A DNA stretch of 63,205 nt, filler included, from Olpidium bornovanus S191 (Eukaryota; Fungi; Olpidiomycota): assembly GCA_017911155.1 (NCBI GenBank). It is 28 parts of 28 records of this genome, joined end to end, with 100 filler letters (N's around TTAATTAATTAA, not from the genome) between each part and the next. Parts side by side here need not be neighbours in the genome. Positions count along the whole stretch, not along the records: positions 9,928 to 11,641 come from JAEFCI010000619.1; positions 11,742 to 14,357 come from JAEFCI010007020.1; positions 14,458 to 16,615 come from JAEFCI010004534.1; positions 16,716 to 20,524 come from JAEFCI010003761.1; positions 20,625 to 21,937 come from JAEFCI010009112.1; positions 22,038 to 23,400 come from JAEFCI010013203.1; 22 more parts are not named here. The stretch is one strand, 5' to 3'. The position numbers and the translations under genes are program-made. The notes beneath the pieces were generated by a model. It searched no databases. It was given only the letters and a program-made list of their open reading frames with translations, and was not told where the DNA came from. Positions 10,694 through 22,554 of the stretch are shown one piece after another (position 1 is the stretch's first letter; every line of letters begins with the position of its first letter).

Positions 10694-13600
10694 ACTGGTT
10701 AAACAGTATTCACGCAATCCGCCGCGCTTGGCGCTGGTTCTCAGTGCTTCACCGGGTTCACTCAAAAGAAACTAGTTGCAAAGAGACGGCGTATGGCTGA
10801 CTTCCTTATGTTTGCTTGGCGTCTTTAGGGTTCACTGGACCAAACTCATTCTATCTTAATCCTGCAGCGAATGCCTTTCCACGCCCGCAGTTAGGTGAGG
10901 TTCGCGTATTCAAACTGATTTTCTGAGAATTCACTCGTTTTTTCGTGTCCCTAGAGGACGGTCGCCGTGGCCTACGCGGCGCTTGCGGTGGCGGCAAACG
11001 GGTGGCGGGGAAACGGACGGAGAGCGGGGTCGGGAGCGGTCAGTTGACAAACGCGAAGCGGTCGACGAATACGATGACAACTTCGTGCGCTGGGGACTCC
11101 TGGACGGTGAGGAGGAGCACGACGGTTACGGTGAACGCGGGCGGCGATGGTGGATGGCAGGAGGGGCATGAACGCCTGCCTTGTGGCCCGGGGGGAAGCG
11201 GTCGACGGGGGTGGTGGTGGCAATTGGCTCATTGGTTGGAGCAGCCTGATGAACTCGTTCAGCAATGGTGAAGACGGTCCGGCGAAGGCGGGCAACCGAC
11301 CCTTGGACACGGCCCCAGGCGGCGGCGGCGTCAACAATTGTCGGCTCGAGGGCCTTCAAAGCGGTGTGAAAGTCAACAATTGAGATGGTCAGGTCAGCAA
11401 CGACGGCATCGACAGCAATGTTGAAGTTGCAAAAAATGACAGCGGGACAATCAATGACAAGAGCGGTCATAGCACTGTCGGACGACAAGGCGGCATGCCG
11501 GCGTTTCACGACACTGAGTGCATGGGCATCGACGTCAGCGGTTCGGAAGACGGGGGCCGGCAGTGCGTTTGATCCAACAAAAAACGGGAACAGTCGAGAG
11601 GGACGGTCAAGCGTGTCGAGCGCATCGACGGGAAGGGGGATNNNNNNNNNNNNNNNNNNNNNNNNNNNNNNNNNNNNNNNNNNNNTTAATTAATTAANNN
11701 NNNNNNNNNNNNNNNNNNNNNNNNNNNNNNNNNNNNNNNNNTGCGTGCGCTAAGTGCTTCGATCACGGGTTTTTCCCTGATGCGATCAGGTTTTACCGAG
11801 ATCACCAATGAAGTACGATCACGCTCACCTGGCTCGGTAGGCTGAGTGCCCGCTGAGCGAAGAGGAGTGTTGTGAACCGAAAGAGTACGCTCTACGGTCA
11901 CGTGATCAAAGATGCCCGGGAGGAGAGCTCCCCCTGGAGCTCCTCCTCCCGCCGTCAAACGCAAACGACGGAAGGGAAAAAGAGAGAGGAAGGAAGACGG
12001 AAGAGAGAGAACCTCTTTTACCGCAACACAGAGAAAACCCCGGGCGCGGGAAGGGTCCGGCAATTCCGTCGTCACGTGACACCCCCCCAGGCTTCTTTCT
12101 CCCTTGGCCCGCATTTCCCCCCAAGAAAAACCGCAGCCGCAGCCGTCACGTGCCGGTCGGAGGCGAGCCGGCAAGTGCTCCGTGCCCACGTGACTGCCGC
12201 TGGCGCGTCGCGGGACCGCCGGTTGGCACGCGGGCGAACACACACCAGCACGTGGGGGGGGATCATCGATTCCATCCGCACCCGGAGAGCACCTCGGAGC
12301 AGCTGCGCGAGCTGCTCCCCCGGCCAGGGCGCGGGCAACGGCGCAACGGAAACGTTACTGCAGCGACCCCCCCTGGTGTGGGGAGGAGGGTGGGGCGGCG
12401 GGCGAAGACTTTTGCTGTTCTTTCTCCCTTTTGCTTCCCCCGCCCCCACCCTCGACATAATCGCGTTGGCGCGGTCGCGCAATCCGCGCGCCGACCAGCC
12501 ACAACACACCTACCGCCGAGGTCTCCGGCCGAGGGGCAGCCCGCGACGGCGGTCCAAACAACGAAACACAAAAGCCGCACTTGCCGCACTTGCCGTTTCT
12601 CTATTCGCCGTTCGTCGCGTCGTCGCCGCAGGTGGGGCGGGGGGGGAAGGAAGGAAGGGGGCGCGAGGGGTTGAGGAAGGGGTGGGGTGGGGGCGACCTC
12701 GGTGGCATCCAGCACGTGGACCGCCACAGACGCCAGGTTGGGCCGCTCGCAAATCGCTCGCAAGGCCAACCCGCAGTTTACGTTCGCGGTGCAGTTGCGC
12801 GCCGCCTCTTGCTGCGACCGCGCGATTGCGGGGTGCCGGCGATCCTGGCGAGCTCCGCGCACGACAGGTTTCCCGTCGGAGAATTAGAACCCGGGGCGGG
12901 AAGTGCCCGGCCTTCCCGCAGAACCGGTAACGCCCCCCCCCCCCCCCCCGCCCCCCCCCCCCCCCCCCCCCCTGCGCTCCCCCTGTTCCGGGAGGAGATG
13001 GGGAGGAGAACGGGGGAGGGAGGGAGGAAAAGGAAAACACCGGGAAAGCGGAGGTGCGGACGCACAAACTGGGCCGCGCACCGAGCACCCCGTCTCCCCT
13101 CCCCGTCGCATCCCTGCAGAATCCTACGTTCTTCCGCCGTACGAAACAGGCCTCGAACTGACGACGACGTGCGGGCGCCACTACGCCCCCCGGCGCCCCC
13201 ACCCGGATGCGCTCTTCGTCCCTCCCGCCTTTCTTCTCACGGGCTTTGGGCTCGGCGCGCAGAATTCTCCCCGGCTCTCAACAGGAAACGGAAACAAGGG
13301 GGAAAAAAGAACAACAACAGAAAGAAAAAAAAAAAATCTCAGCAGCCGGACGGAACAAACCCCCCCCCCCCACACACACACACACCCCCGCAACGCCATC
13401 GAGACCCAAAAGAAATAAAACTTCCCATCAAAGACGCGTTCGGAAAACCGAGCACGACGGCGCCGGAAAACAACGGCCCCCCGCATCCCCGCGCATCATC
13501 CTCGCACCCTCCCCGCCCTAACGCACTCGCCCCTGCACCGCCCGCCGACTGCGGGAGCGGGAAACAAAGGAGGAGGGGCGCCGGCAGTTGCCAGCCCACC

Positions 13601-14066
13601 ACGCGAACTCCCCAAACAAAGGCCGGGGGCGAGGGTGCAAAACGTGCAAAAACGAGGGGTGGCGCGGGTTCCCCACCCGTTGTCGGTCAAGGATGAGGGC
13701 TGCTTCGCCGTATTCCCCGCCGGCCGCCAACGAGGAGACCGCCGTGCAGGAAGCAAAGGCGCGGGAAGTACCGGTACTCCGCCGTCGGGAGCTTGCATGT
13801 GCTGGCCGGCGGCCGAAGGAAGGAAGCGGATTCTCCCCGCGGGAACACCCGCCGCGAAAGCCCGGAAGGAAGCTCTTGGGAGGGCGGCGGGAGAACCAGT
13901 TCCATCAGCTACGTTGAACCTTGCGCCGACAATCCCGAACCTGGCGCTGTCCGACCTTCGACCGTCTCCCCGGACTTGCGGCTCCTCGTGACACAGAAAG
14001 TTTTATTTCGCAGAGCGCGAGCGGGCGAATAGAATAAAAAAAAAATAAAGGAAAGGAGGTAGCGCG

Positions 14067-14306
14067 ATGTTCTACACTCCCGAGGAACAGGACGCAATCC
14101 TGAACGGGGAAGTGCGATATGGTCCAGCGCAACTAGGACCTACCATCTTTCTCATATTGCCGCAGATCATAACGACGGTAGCGGGCATCATCATTTTAAT
14201 TGTGTACTTCAAGTCGAAAAGCTTGTGGAACACGTCCTTTGCAAGTGTCGTCCGTTGGATTGCGTCTGGCGTTGCGCGTCTAACGCTGGGAGAGTGGCAC
14301 ATCTGA
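14067..14306 (+). CDS. N-terminal exon of a putative membrane protein
   Basis: MFYTPEEQDAILNGEVRYGPAQLG followed by the hydrophobic helix IFLILPQIITTVAGIIILIVYF. The contig ends shortly after. Confidence 0.45.
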   Translation: MFYTPEEQDAILNGEVRYGPAQLGPTIFLILPQIITTVAGIIILIVYFKSKSLWNTSFASVVRWIASGVARLTLGEWHI

Positions 14307-14457
14307 TCTCCGCTCGTGCGACGCTTCGGCTCTTCCGACGCAGATTTGTCTCATGAANNNNNNNNNNNNNNNNNNNNNNNNNNNNNNNNNNNNNNNNNNN
14401 NTTAATTAATTAANNNNNNNNNNNNNNNNNNNNNNNNNNNNNNNNNNNNNNNNNNNN

Positions 14458-14770
14458 CATGCCGGTGGCATTCCCCGGAAAGGGGTACGTTTCCGGCGGC
14501 CTGCAAGCAGAGGAAAGCGCATCTCCGGACAGCAGCGCGTCTCGTCCGGCATCGCCGCGTGCCACCGTTTCACCGCCGTCACCGGACGGCAACACTGATG
14601 AAGGGCCGACGACTCTGTCGGCCAGCGCGTCCCGGGCCTCCACGCCTCACATCGAGAAGTTGGCTCTCGCCCACGCTTCGTCGCCAACCGCGCTGAAGGA
14701 CCTGACCGTCACCGTCACTGGCGGCGACCCGGAAGATAACATGGACTTGGAGATCGGCAAAGCGGGCTAA
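14458..14770 (+). CDS. C-terminal fragment of an unidentified protein (S/P-rich, ends DLEIGKAG*)
   Basis: Open frame runs from the contig edge to the stop at 14770 with protein-like composition. Confidence 0.45.
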
Positions 14771-14899
14771 AGGTAGCCCGATTCCAGGGAGCTTAATGAA
14801 AGACGCGTCTGGATATACAAGGGCAAGAATGGTTCTCGGTTTTATGCTTGCACCGGAGTCCGTCCGTTCGTAATGATTTTCGAAACAAAGAAAAAAAAA

Positions 14900-16275
14900 T
14901 GACGCGATGCCGCATCGTTTTCCCTCTTTTTTACTTTTTTCTTGGCACACGGTGTTCGAAGTCCTTTCTGGTTTCCATTTTTTTTCTTCTTTTTTTCCTG
15001 CCATTCGCATGCCACCTTCCTTCAGGAAGGTTTAAAAAAGTTTTGGACACACAGTCGTTCTCGAGCTTGAGCGCCCGCAAGAGTTGGAAGGGGTTTATGG
15101 AAAAAGAAATGGAGGAGGCGAGTCTACTGCGTTTGACGCGATGCCGCATCGTTTTCGCTCTTTTTTTCTTGTTTTTTCGGCGCACGGTGTTCGAGGTCCT
15201 TTCTGCTTTCCTTTTTTTTTCCTTCTTTTCTTTCCCGCCGTTCGCGTGCCACCTTCTTTCAGGAAGGTTTAAAAAAGTTTTGGACACACATTCGTTTTCG
15301 AGCTTGAGCGCCCGGAGTTGGAAGGGGTTTATGAGGAAGGGATGGAGGAGGAGGCGAGATCTATTGCGTTTGACGCGATGCGGCTGTCGGAGAATTTTCT
15401 ACCCCCCCATATATCAAATACCCCTTTGTTGCTTGAAAAGGCCCGGGAGAGCCCTCCCGTCTCCACCACCACCGCACACACAAAATAATAAACAGATCGG
15501 AACTCTAGTCTCCTCCCCGGACGCCTTGCGACCGCGGCAGACCACGACGGGCTGTCGGCGCGCTCCTTGGGACGAGAGGAAAGAACCGGCGTTTCGGGTT
15601 TTGGGACGAAACCCACAGTGCGCGTCACTGGGGTTATTAAGTGGCCGTCGAAGTCTCCTCGCCGGACGCCTTGTGACCGCGGCAGTCCACGACGGGCTGT
15701 CGGCGCGCTCCTTGGGACGAGAGGAAAGAACGGGCGTTTCGGGTTTTGGGACCAACCCACAGTGCGCTTTACTGGGGTTGTCGAAGGGACCGTTGAAGGT
15801 AAGTGCGGTATCGAGGCAAGCGCCGAACGTCCCACTCCAGCTCCCCGTCGCGACCCGTCCCGCCGCTCAAGCACCACCACGCAGCAAGGGCCCCCGCCAT
15901 CCTGTCTCTTCTGTCATCCCCTTTGAGAGGGGCTTGTTCTCTCGACAACGCATCGTTTTCGCTCTTTTTTCCTTTTTTTTTGCACACGGTGTTCGAAGTC
16001 CTTTCTGCTTTCCGTTTCTTTTCTTCTTTTTTTTCCTGCCGTTCGCATGCCACCTTCTTTCAGGAAAGGTTTAAAAAAAGAACACACATTCGTTCTCGAG
16101 AAAGTCCGTTCTGCTTCCATTTTTTTTCTTTTTTTTTCTGCCGTTCGCATTCCACCTTCTTTCAGGAAAGGTTTATAAAAAGTTTTTGGACACACATTCG
16201 TTCTCGATCTTGAGCGCTCGCAAGAATTGGAAGGGGTTTATGGAAAAAGGGGTGGAGGCGGAGGCAAGTCTACTG
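14900..16275. repeat. Compound repeat region: ~235-bp unit A (14900-15133, 15134-15372, third copy with internal duplication ~15950-16275) flanking unit B
   Basis: Recurring blocks TGACGCGATGCCGCATCGTTTT, CACGGTGTTCGA(A/G)GTCCTTTCTG, CAGGAA(A)GGTTTAAAAAA, GAGCTTGAGCGC and TTGGAAGGGGTTTATG. Confidence 0.9.
15517..15785. repeat. Tandem repeat B, ~145-bp period, 2 copies
   Basis: CCGGACGCCTTG(C/T)GACCGCGGCAG...GGGACGAGAGGAAAGAAC..CCCACAGTGCGC at 15517 and 15662. Confidence 0.92.
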
Positions 16276-16929
16276 CGTTTGCAGTCGAAATCTCGCGGAT
16301 GCAAACTGGAAAAGAGAAAATAAACTGTTGCTTGGACTCTGCAATCCGTCCGGAGGAAATGTGGTCGACTTCCATCCCGAGTTAAATAGGAACTGCGCGA
16401 CTTTTTGTATCGCCATTACGGGACGCGCCCTACGGTCGCGAGGAGTTCCCCCTGCTTTGCCGCCCGCAGCAGGCTTCATATATTTGCCTTAAGCTTTCGC
16501 CGGGTCACGACGCGCAGCGAGGCCTAGCATGATTCGGAGTGACTCCGATACAATAGCAAAAAAAAAAATTGATCGACGCGGCTTATTAAGATCTGGCTGG
16601 TCGTGCGCCGCCGCCNNNNNNNNNNNNNNNNNNNNNNNNNNNNNNNNNNNNNNNNNNNNTTAATTAATTAANNNNNNNNNNNNNNNNNNNNNNNNNNNNN
16701 NNNNNNNNNNNNNNNCATGGAGAGGGTCCCGCTAGGGAACAAGCTGAAGTGGTCGACAGTTGATGATGATTGTGCCAAATGAGGAGAGGACGCTGCCGAG
16801 TTGTTCGGAAAGGATGTGGGAACCAGGAGGATTGAGATTCACGGGACGTTGACAGGAAAGGAAAGGAGCCTCATCCCCGAAAATCCAGTCTTCCGGGTGG
16901 GGAGGCTGCCCCCGGGGGCGAGGACTACG

Positions 16930-17320
16930 GCGAGCAGAACATCTCGGGCAGTACATCTTGTCCTCCCACCATTCCTTGTTTCGGCGATGTACTGCCCGCA
17001 GTACATCTTGCGCCCCCTCCTTCCAAAATTGGTCGGTGCATTCCTTTTCTTCCGCCCTTACTGGGCTCGTATAGCTGTACACCGCGTGCTGCGCGCAGTA
17101 CATCACGGTGTGGGCCGCAGCCGGTTCGAAGGGAAAATCTTGTTTGCGTGCGCCCCTCGAAGATGTACTGAGCTGCAGTGCACGACGGAAGCAATGAGGG
17201 GTGGGGGGCCGCCCAGGGGGGCACCATGGCGCGTAGTGCATCTTGTGCAGTACGCCTTGTGCCCCGAACATTTCTTGCTTCCGAGATGTACTGCGCGCAG
17301 TACATTTTGTGCCCCCTCAC
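16930..17320. repeat. Cluster of GATGTACTGC/GCAGTACATC palindromic motifs inside a ~90-bp duplicated block
   Basis: Perfect 20-bp palindrome ATGTACTGCGCGCAGTACAT at 17286-17305 and a 10-bp-arm palindrome at 16986-17007. Half or degenerate sites at 16948, 17095, 17162 and 17247. Confidence 0.85.
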
Positions 17321-17817
17321 TCAGTCCGGATGTTTGGAATAACGCCGATTTCATATTTCGACTTCTCCTGTGGGATACAGGGCAAGCTCTCGTATGTTCG
17401 ATGGGAGCACAGGAAAAAAACAAGAGAGAACCTGTCTTGTCCTTGGAAGGCAGAGACAAAATGGTCACAATATGCCGAAGGCAGGGCGACAATAAATCCA
17501 GGTAGCAACGGAATCTTCGTGCCCAATTCGGGAACACAGAGAAAATGGGGCTCAAAATCTCCTGGAGCTCATGACATAATCAGACAAATGTCCTGGTGAC
17601 CAAAAGTAATCACTGGGAGTACACAAAATCCTTACCGAGCACCAAGATAAAAGTGAAACTGAAATCTCCTGGATCACAATGGACTTTTGCTGCAACCATA
17701 TTTACGTTAAGCACCCTGTACTCCCATGCGTTCCCTGAAGAGTGTCCATGATTAGTAAAGATTATCTGCCGGCCAAAAAAAAAAAAAAAAAATGCTGGTC
17801 GCGACGCTGATCGCGAT

Positions 17818-17880
17818 GCCTTCCTTCCTTCCTTCCTTCCTTCCTTCCGTCCTTCCTTCCTTCCTTCCTTCCTTCCTTCC
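17818..17880. repeat. (TTCC)n microsatellite
   Basis: About 15 near-perfect CCTT units. Confidence 0.95.
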
Positions 17881-18024
17881 TGCCTTACGCAGCTCCCCGC
17901 GGAGATCCCGGTAGGAGCCGGCAAGCCGCCAGTCCCCCACTGTCCCCCACACCAATTCATAGGCTGGAGCCGAGCAGACCCGGCACGACGCCACCTTCCG
18001 CCGGCGCGGCTTCCTTTCTGCCGG

Positions 18025-18055
<31 letters not shown>

Positions 18056-18984
18056 AAGATGGCGGGAAGGAAGGAAAGAAGTTCTTTTCCCTGAACGAAG
18101 GATTATTTTCCCCCCCTTTTTTTTTCTAACACCTCCACGTGGCACTCCCTGGGCAACGGTTTCTGTACGCAGAACCGGCTAAGGGTTGACATACCGCAAA
18201 ATGGGTACGCTCTCTGTTACATTTGAACCACGTACAATCCAATATTTATTTTTGAGAACCGTGCAGGGCCTGCCAACAAATATAAATATCCCTGTTTTGG
18301 CTTTATACTTTCCGTCATTGACCAAAAATGGAAGAATGTCCTTTATCCCTGCAGCCGAAACGACACGGCCCGTGGTACAGCGGAATGCTTCGTCGAGCAC
18401 GTGGTCTGGCCATTAATGTTAGATTCAGACTAATACTATTTAGTGCATTATCAAGGGGTTGCGAGCTCGATAGTGATGGATCAAGAAGCAAGTTCTGGAC
18501 GGCCCTTGCCTCGTGCATCAGCATCACAATGAAGGTGACAATAACGTTAGACCAAAGGCCTTGGTGAAAGCGGCGTTATTGTCGTCAAAATGCCGTGTAC
18601 GACGACGATGATGACGCCCGCGCCATAAACGGTGACAACGACGACGATGATGAGCATGACAGCGCCCACGACGGCGGCCACGACGGCGTCCCGACGGCAC
18701 GCTGCTGAAGGGAAGGAAGGAAGAAAGGAAGGAGGCGGCGGCCGCGTACAGCGTAGTGTTAGGCGACTACGTGCATGTTAATCGTGAATCCTCTCCTTCC
18801 CACAGGAGCACCGGATCCAGGCGGTTTTTGACCAGTTAGAAAGGCCTTTTCCAGGCCTACAAATCGGTCCAAGACTCACCAAGAACTCTGTTACTCCTTG
18901 AAGAGATGCTGGTGTCGTAAAAGAAAAAAAAATATAGGCCGGTAACATTGCAGCGTGGATCGCGCATTTGGCCGGTTTTTTGCT

Positions 18985-19295
18985 TTGTTTTCTCTCATTT
19001 TTTTGCTCGATCTTTTTTCAATTGTTTCTCCGCTCTTTTCTTTGCTCTGTTTTCCGATCTTTTTTCCGATCTTTTTTCCCGTTTTTTTGTCCCGCTCCTT
19101 CTTCCGTTCCTTTTTCCCGCTATTTTTTTCCGCTCTTTTTCCCAGCTCTTTTTTCCCGCTCTTTTTTCCCCGTTTTTTTTTTTCGCTCTTTTTACTGCTC
19201 TTCTTCCCGCTATTTTTTCCCGCTCCTTTTTCCCGCTCTTTTTTCCTCTCATCTTTTCTCTCTTTCTTTCCCTCCTTTTTCCTCACTTTTCTTCG
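18985..19295. repeat. Degenerate T/C-rich minisatellite (TTTTTTCCCGCTC-like)
   Basis: Repeated TTTT(T)CC(C)G units. They produce the spurious F/L/S and K/E/R ORFs in the track. Confidence 0.85.
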
Positions 19296-20929
19296 CTGTA
19301 TTCTTCGCTCAGGCTGCCTGCACCATACAAAATGTGTAATGCTAAATCCCATACAAAAACCGCAACGCTCGTTCGCATACAGGAAATCTGCCCCCCCCTT
19401 CTCCCGCTGCCCTCTACCCCTTTCGTTCGCCTGTAGACCTCGTTAGAACTAAAGTCGATAGCTTTGCTGTAACACTGGAGATCATTAACAGCCACGTCTC
19501 CGGCTTGCGCTCTACGTACTTCCCGCCCTCCATTGGCTTCAAACCGTCCCCAGTTCCGCGGTTCTGGTCTGCCAAGAAGTCGGCGTACTCCTTCATATTA
19601 AGTACCATCTCCTCAGAAGATGGAACCCCGCAGGCAACTTCGCGAAGCCTCTCGAGAAGCCAAAAAGTTTATGAAGTTTCGGAACACGGGCCGGTCCATG
19701 CGACCCGGGAACCCGCGGGAAGGCACGCGTTCCAGATTTGCAGCTGGAATCAAGGCGCAGCGGGAAGCGAGAAACCCCGGGCCGCGGCGAGTCCAAAAAG
19801 ACAAAACCGACGCGCATTCGGCAGATGCGGATCCGTGCAGTGTGAGGAGGGGGGCCGAAGCCGCGAGGAGCGCACGCATGGATGCACCACGAGAACCGCA
19901 GTGCGATCCGTTACGGCATCCTTAAGGCGCATGTTTTGAAGCTAGAGAATTGACGTGCGAACGGGAGGAAGACTCCACAGACGCGGCACGTGCTTGCTGG
20001 CGTTTCGTTGAATGCGGCGTCCTCGATAGTTCTCAACTCGGTCCTCCGGACTCGGGGCGCCGAGCCGGAAAGCGCCGCCGACACGCCTTCTACGCGGTAA
20101 TAAAGAAGCCGCGACGGGCGCGCCCGTGCGTCGCGGTCCTCGGCCGGCCCGGCGGCCCGTGCGTGGCGTACGGCAAAATAGCGAAGAAAGCCCTCCGAGA
20201 GAGCTCCGAACAAAAAGAAAACACTCGAAGCCGGGTTCAAAACGGCAGACGGACGGGATCTCTGACCCGTTCTCGCGGTCCGCGTCAAATGTCGAACAAA
20301 AAAAAAAAAAGAAAAAGAAAAAAAAAGCGGGAGGGTAAAGCGCAATACAGTCACAAAGGAGATGGGCGCATCGGCGCGTGAACGCGGCGGGAAACTGTAA
20401 ATATATTATTGGCGCGCTCGCCTGGCAAAACCGGCACAACGCCACCTTCCGCCACCCTTCCTTCCTTCCTTGCCGGCATCGCCCCCCCCCCCGCCGCTCC
20501 CCCCCGGTATGCCTAACCCACGGCNNNNNNNNNNNNNNNNNNNNNNNNNNNNNNNNNNNNNNNNNNNNTTAATTAATTAANNNNNNNNNNNNNNNNNNNN
20601 NNNNNNNNNNNNNNNNNNNNNNNNATCCCCGAGCGCGAGGGGTAGAGAGGCGAGGTGGAGGGGAGGGAAATGGGTTGTCGGCGAGGGAGAGAGAGAGTGC
20701 AGTCTTGTCAAAGTCTTGGGGAGAACGCGTTATAGCGCCGCGTTGGGGGGGGGGGGGGGGGGGGGGGGGGGGTGGGCGCGGTGAGCGGGGAGTAATGGGG
20801 AGGATGGCGCGATGAACAGAAAAGCGGGGGCGTTTTGGAAAACCGGGGGAGAGGGAGCGGGAGGAGGGGGAGGAAGAGTTGATTGGCAACCGTGGCGTAT
20901 GCAACCCCGCGAAAGCGGGCGACGACAAC

Positions 20930-20963
<34 letters not shown>

Positions 20964-20999
20964 CGCCGCGAAAATAAAAATGTGTCGCCTGTTCGCTCC

Positions 21000-21765
21000 A
21001 TTCACCTCCGCGGCGACACGACTCGGCCATCCACCGCTCCTCCTCCCAGTTCTCCGCCGACATCCTCTCCTCCAGCCGCCGCCGGGCGCGCGCGTCGCGG
21101 GCGATGATGCGGCGCTCCATTTCCACGGCCGCCGCGGCCATGCCGGCCAGCTCGTACTCGTTCGGAGAAGCGTACCTCACGACCCCCGCCGTGACGGCCG
21201 CCGGCGAAGCGGCGAAGATGCGCCGGCTCTTGGGCACGGACGTGGGCTCGAAGAAAACTTTTTTAAAAAAAAAATGACGTGGGCCGCGGCCGCGGAGGGG
21301 GCGCGAAAACGGCAAGCTCGAATGTTTCGTTTTCGAAAAAATGACCGCACCCAAACGCACACACGCACCCCTTCCGCTTCCCCTCCCCTCCTCGTTCACC
21401 GGAGCTGCAGTAAACACCGTACCTGGTATGCCGCGCGCCTGACACTCGCTCAGAAGTGAGCCCATTGCTCCGGGGCTGAGGTTCGCGTCCAAGACGACCA
21501 TGCACGGACTCGTCGAACGCACGGCAGCCCGTACCTAGCGTAAAGGATTCGTAATGTTCACTTCGCCCTGAAAGGATCGAGCTCCGACGTGGCGCAAAAC
21601 AAAACAAAAAAACAACGCGTCGGTTGAAAAACTCACCTCGGGGCCGCTCAAAGATTCCAGAACCCGCATGTCTGACACGGCTCCCATCAGCTCGCCTTTC
21701 GAGGAATGGATCGCGCTGTACACCGCAGTCCGGGCATCGGCGCGTTTGAGCACGCGATCTATCGG
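21000..21765 (-). CDS. PfkB-family carbohydrate kinase, pseudouridine-kinase-like (internal exons)
   Basis: ARTAVYSAIHSSKGELMGAVSDM, VVLDANLS, VFFEPTSVPKS and RYASPNEYEL match the fungal pseudouridine kinase/PsuK-type domain. Confidence 0.82.
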
Positions 21766-22308
21766 CTGCGCGCATCGCCAAAAAAAAAAATAAATAAATA
21801 AATAAAAATAAAAAAAGAAAGGAAAACGAAAAATTTCCGAGTTGGTTAGCCCATTTCGCGCGCACAAAGCCGTTTGCAGCATCCTATTTCCCCCCGCACA
21901 CATCCCGTTTCAAAGGATTACGTGGGAAACGCTTACGNNNNNNNNNNNNNNNNNNNNNNNNNNNNNNNNNNNNNNNNNNNNTTAATTAATTAANNNNNNN
22001 NNNNNNNNNNNNNNNNNNNNNNNNNNNNNNNNNNNNNCATGAGCAACGGTCAAAGCGGTAGCAATCGAAGCGGCAGACGAATGGGCAACCTGTTCAGGCG
22101 GGGACAGAACGAACAAGGGGACGTAAAGCAGCGGTAGGACTATCCGCACGTCGAGGGACGGCGACGGCGGGATGGTAACGGCGGGACGGGGACATTGGCA
22201 GGATCGACGGGCGCGGGGAATGACGCGGCCAGAGGGTTGATGGGCGTGGAGGACAACACAGCAGTAACCTCAACGGTACAAACAGTCGTCAGGGCGGTAT
22301 ACGACGAA

Positions 22309-22554
22309 GTTTAGGCGAGTCACAAAAAGGCTGTTTTTGGTTCGGCGAAACATTTGGTGAGAATCTCTCTTTCCTCTCTTGATCGGACCAAAAAGGGGCA
22401 TCCTGGGGAGTGTTTGACTCTCGTTTTGTGCGTCCTACGAGGTGCACGAGGCTTTGGACTTGGTCCCCCAGGAGAACCCCCTCAAGAGGCCGCAAGCAAA
22501 AGTTGCTCGCAGGAGGTGTTTGAAACATTAGCGCGCCTAATTTGGAGAACCACC
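22309..22554. repeat. Dispersed ~245-bp repeat, copy 1 (LTR/TE-end-like)
   Basis: Closely matches the reverse complement of 57358-57602, e.g. GAGTGTTTGACTCTCGTTTTGTGCGTCCTACGAGGTG and CCCCTCAAGAGGCCGCAAGCAAAAGT. Confidence 0.93.

Noticed and set aside
11872-13696. 352-aa and 371-aa ORFs and a CGKCGKCGFC Cys cluster
   Set aside because: Low-complexity GC-rich frames with no family motif. The Cys pattern comes from a 9-bp duplication (GCACTTGCC x2).
14848-16074. 408-aa F-rich ORF
   Set aside because: Translation of the compound repeat and its T-tracts.
16930-17320. CRISPR-like appearance
   Set aside because: Eukaryotic context, degenerate repeats, irregular spacing and no cas genes. Kept only as a palindrome cluster.
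18891-19446. K/E/R-rich and F/L/S-rich ORFs resembling membrane or coiled-coil proteins
   Set aside because: Artefacts of a T/C minisatellite.
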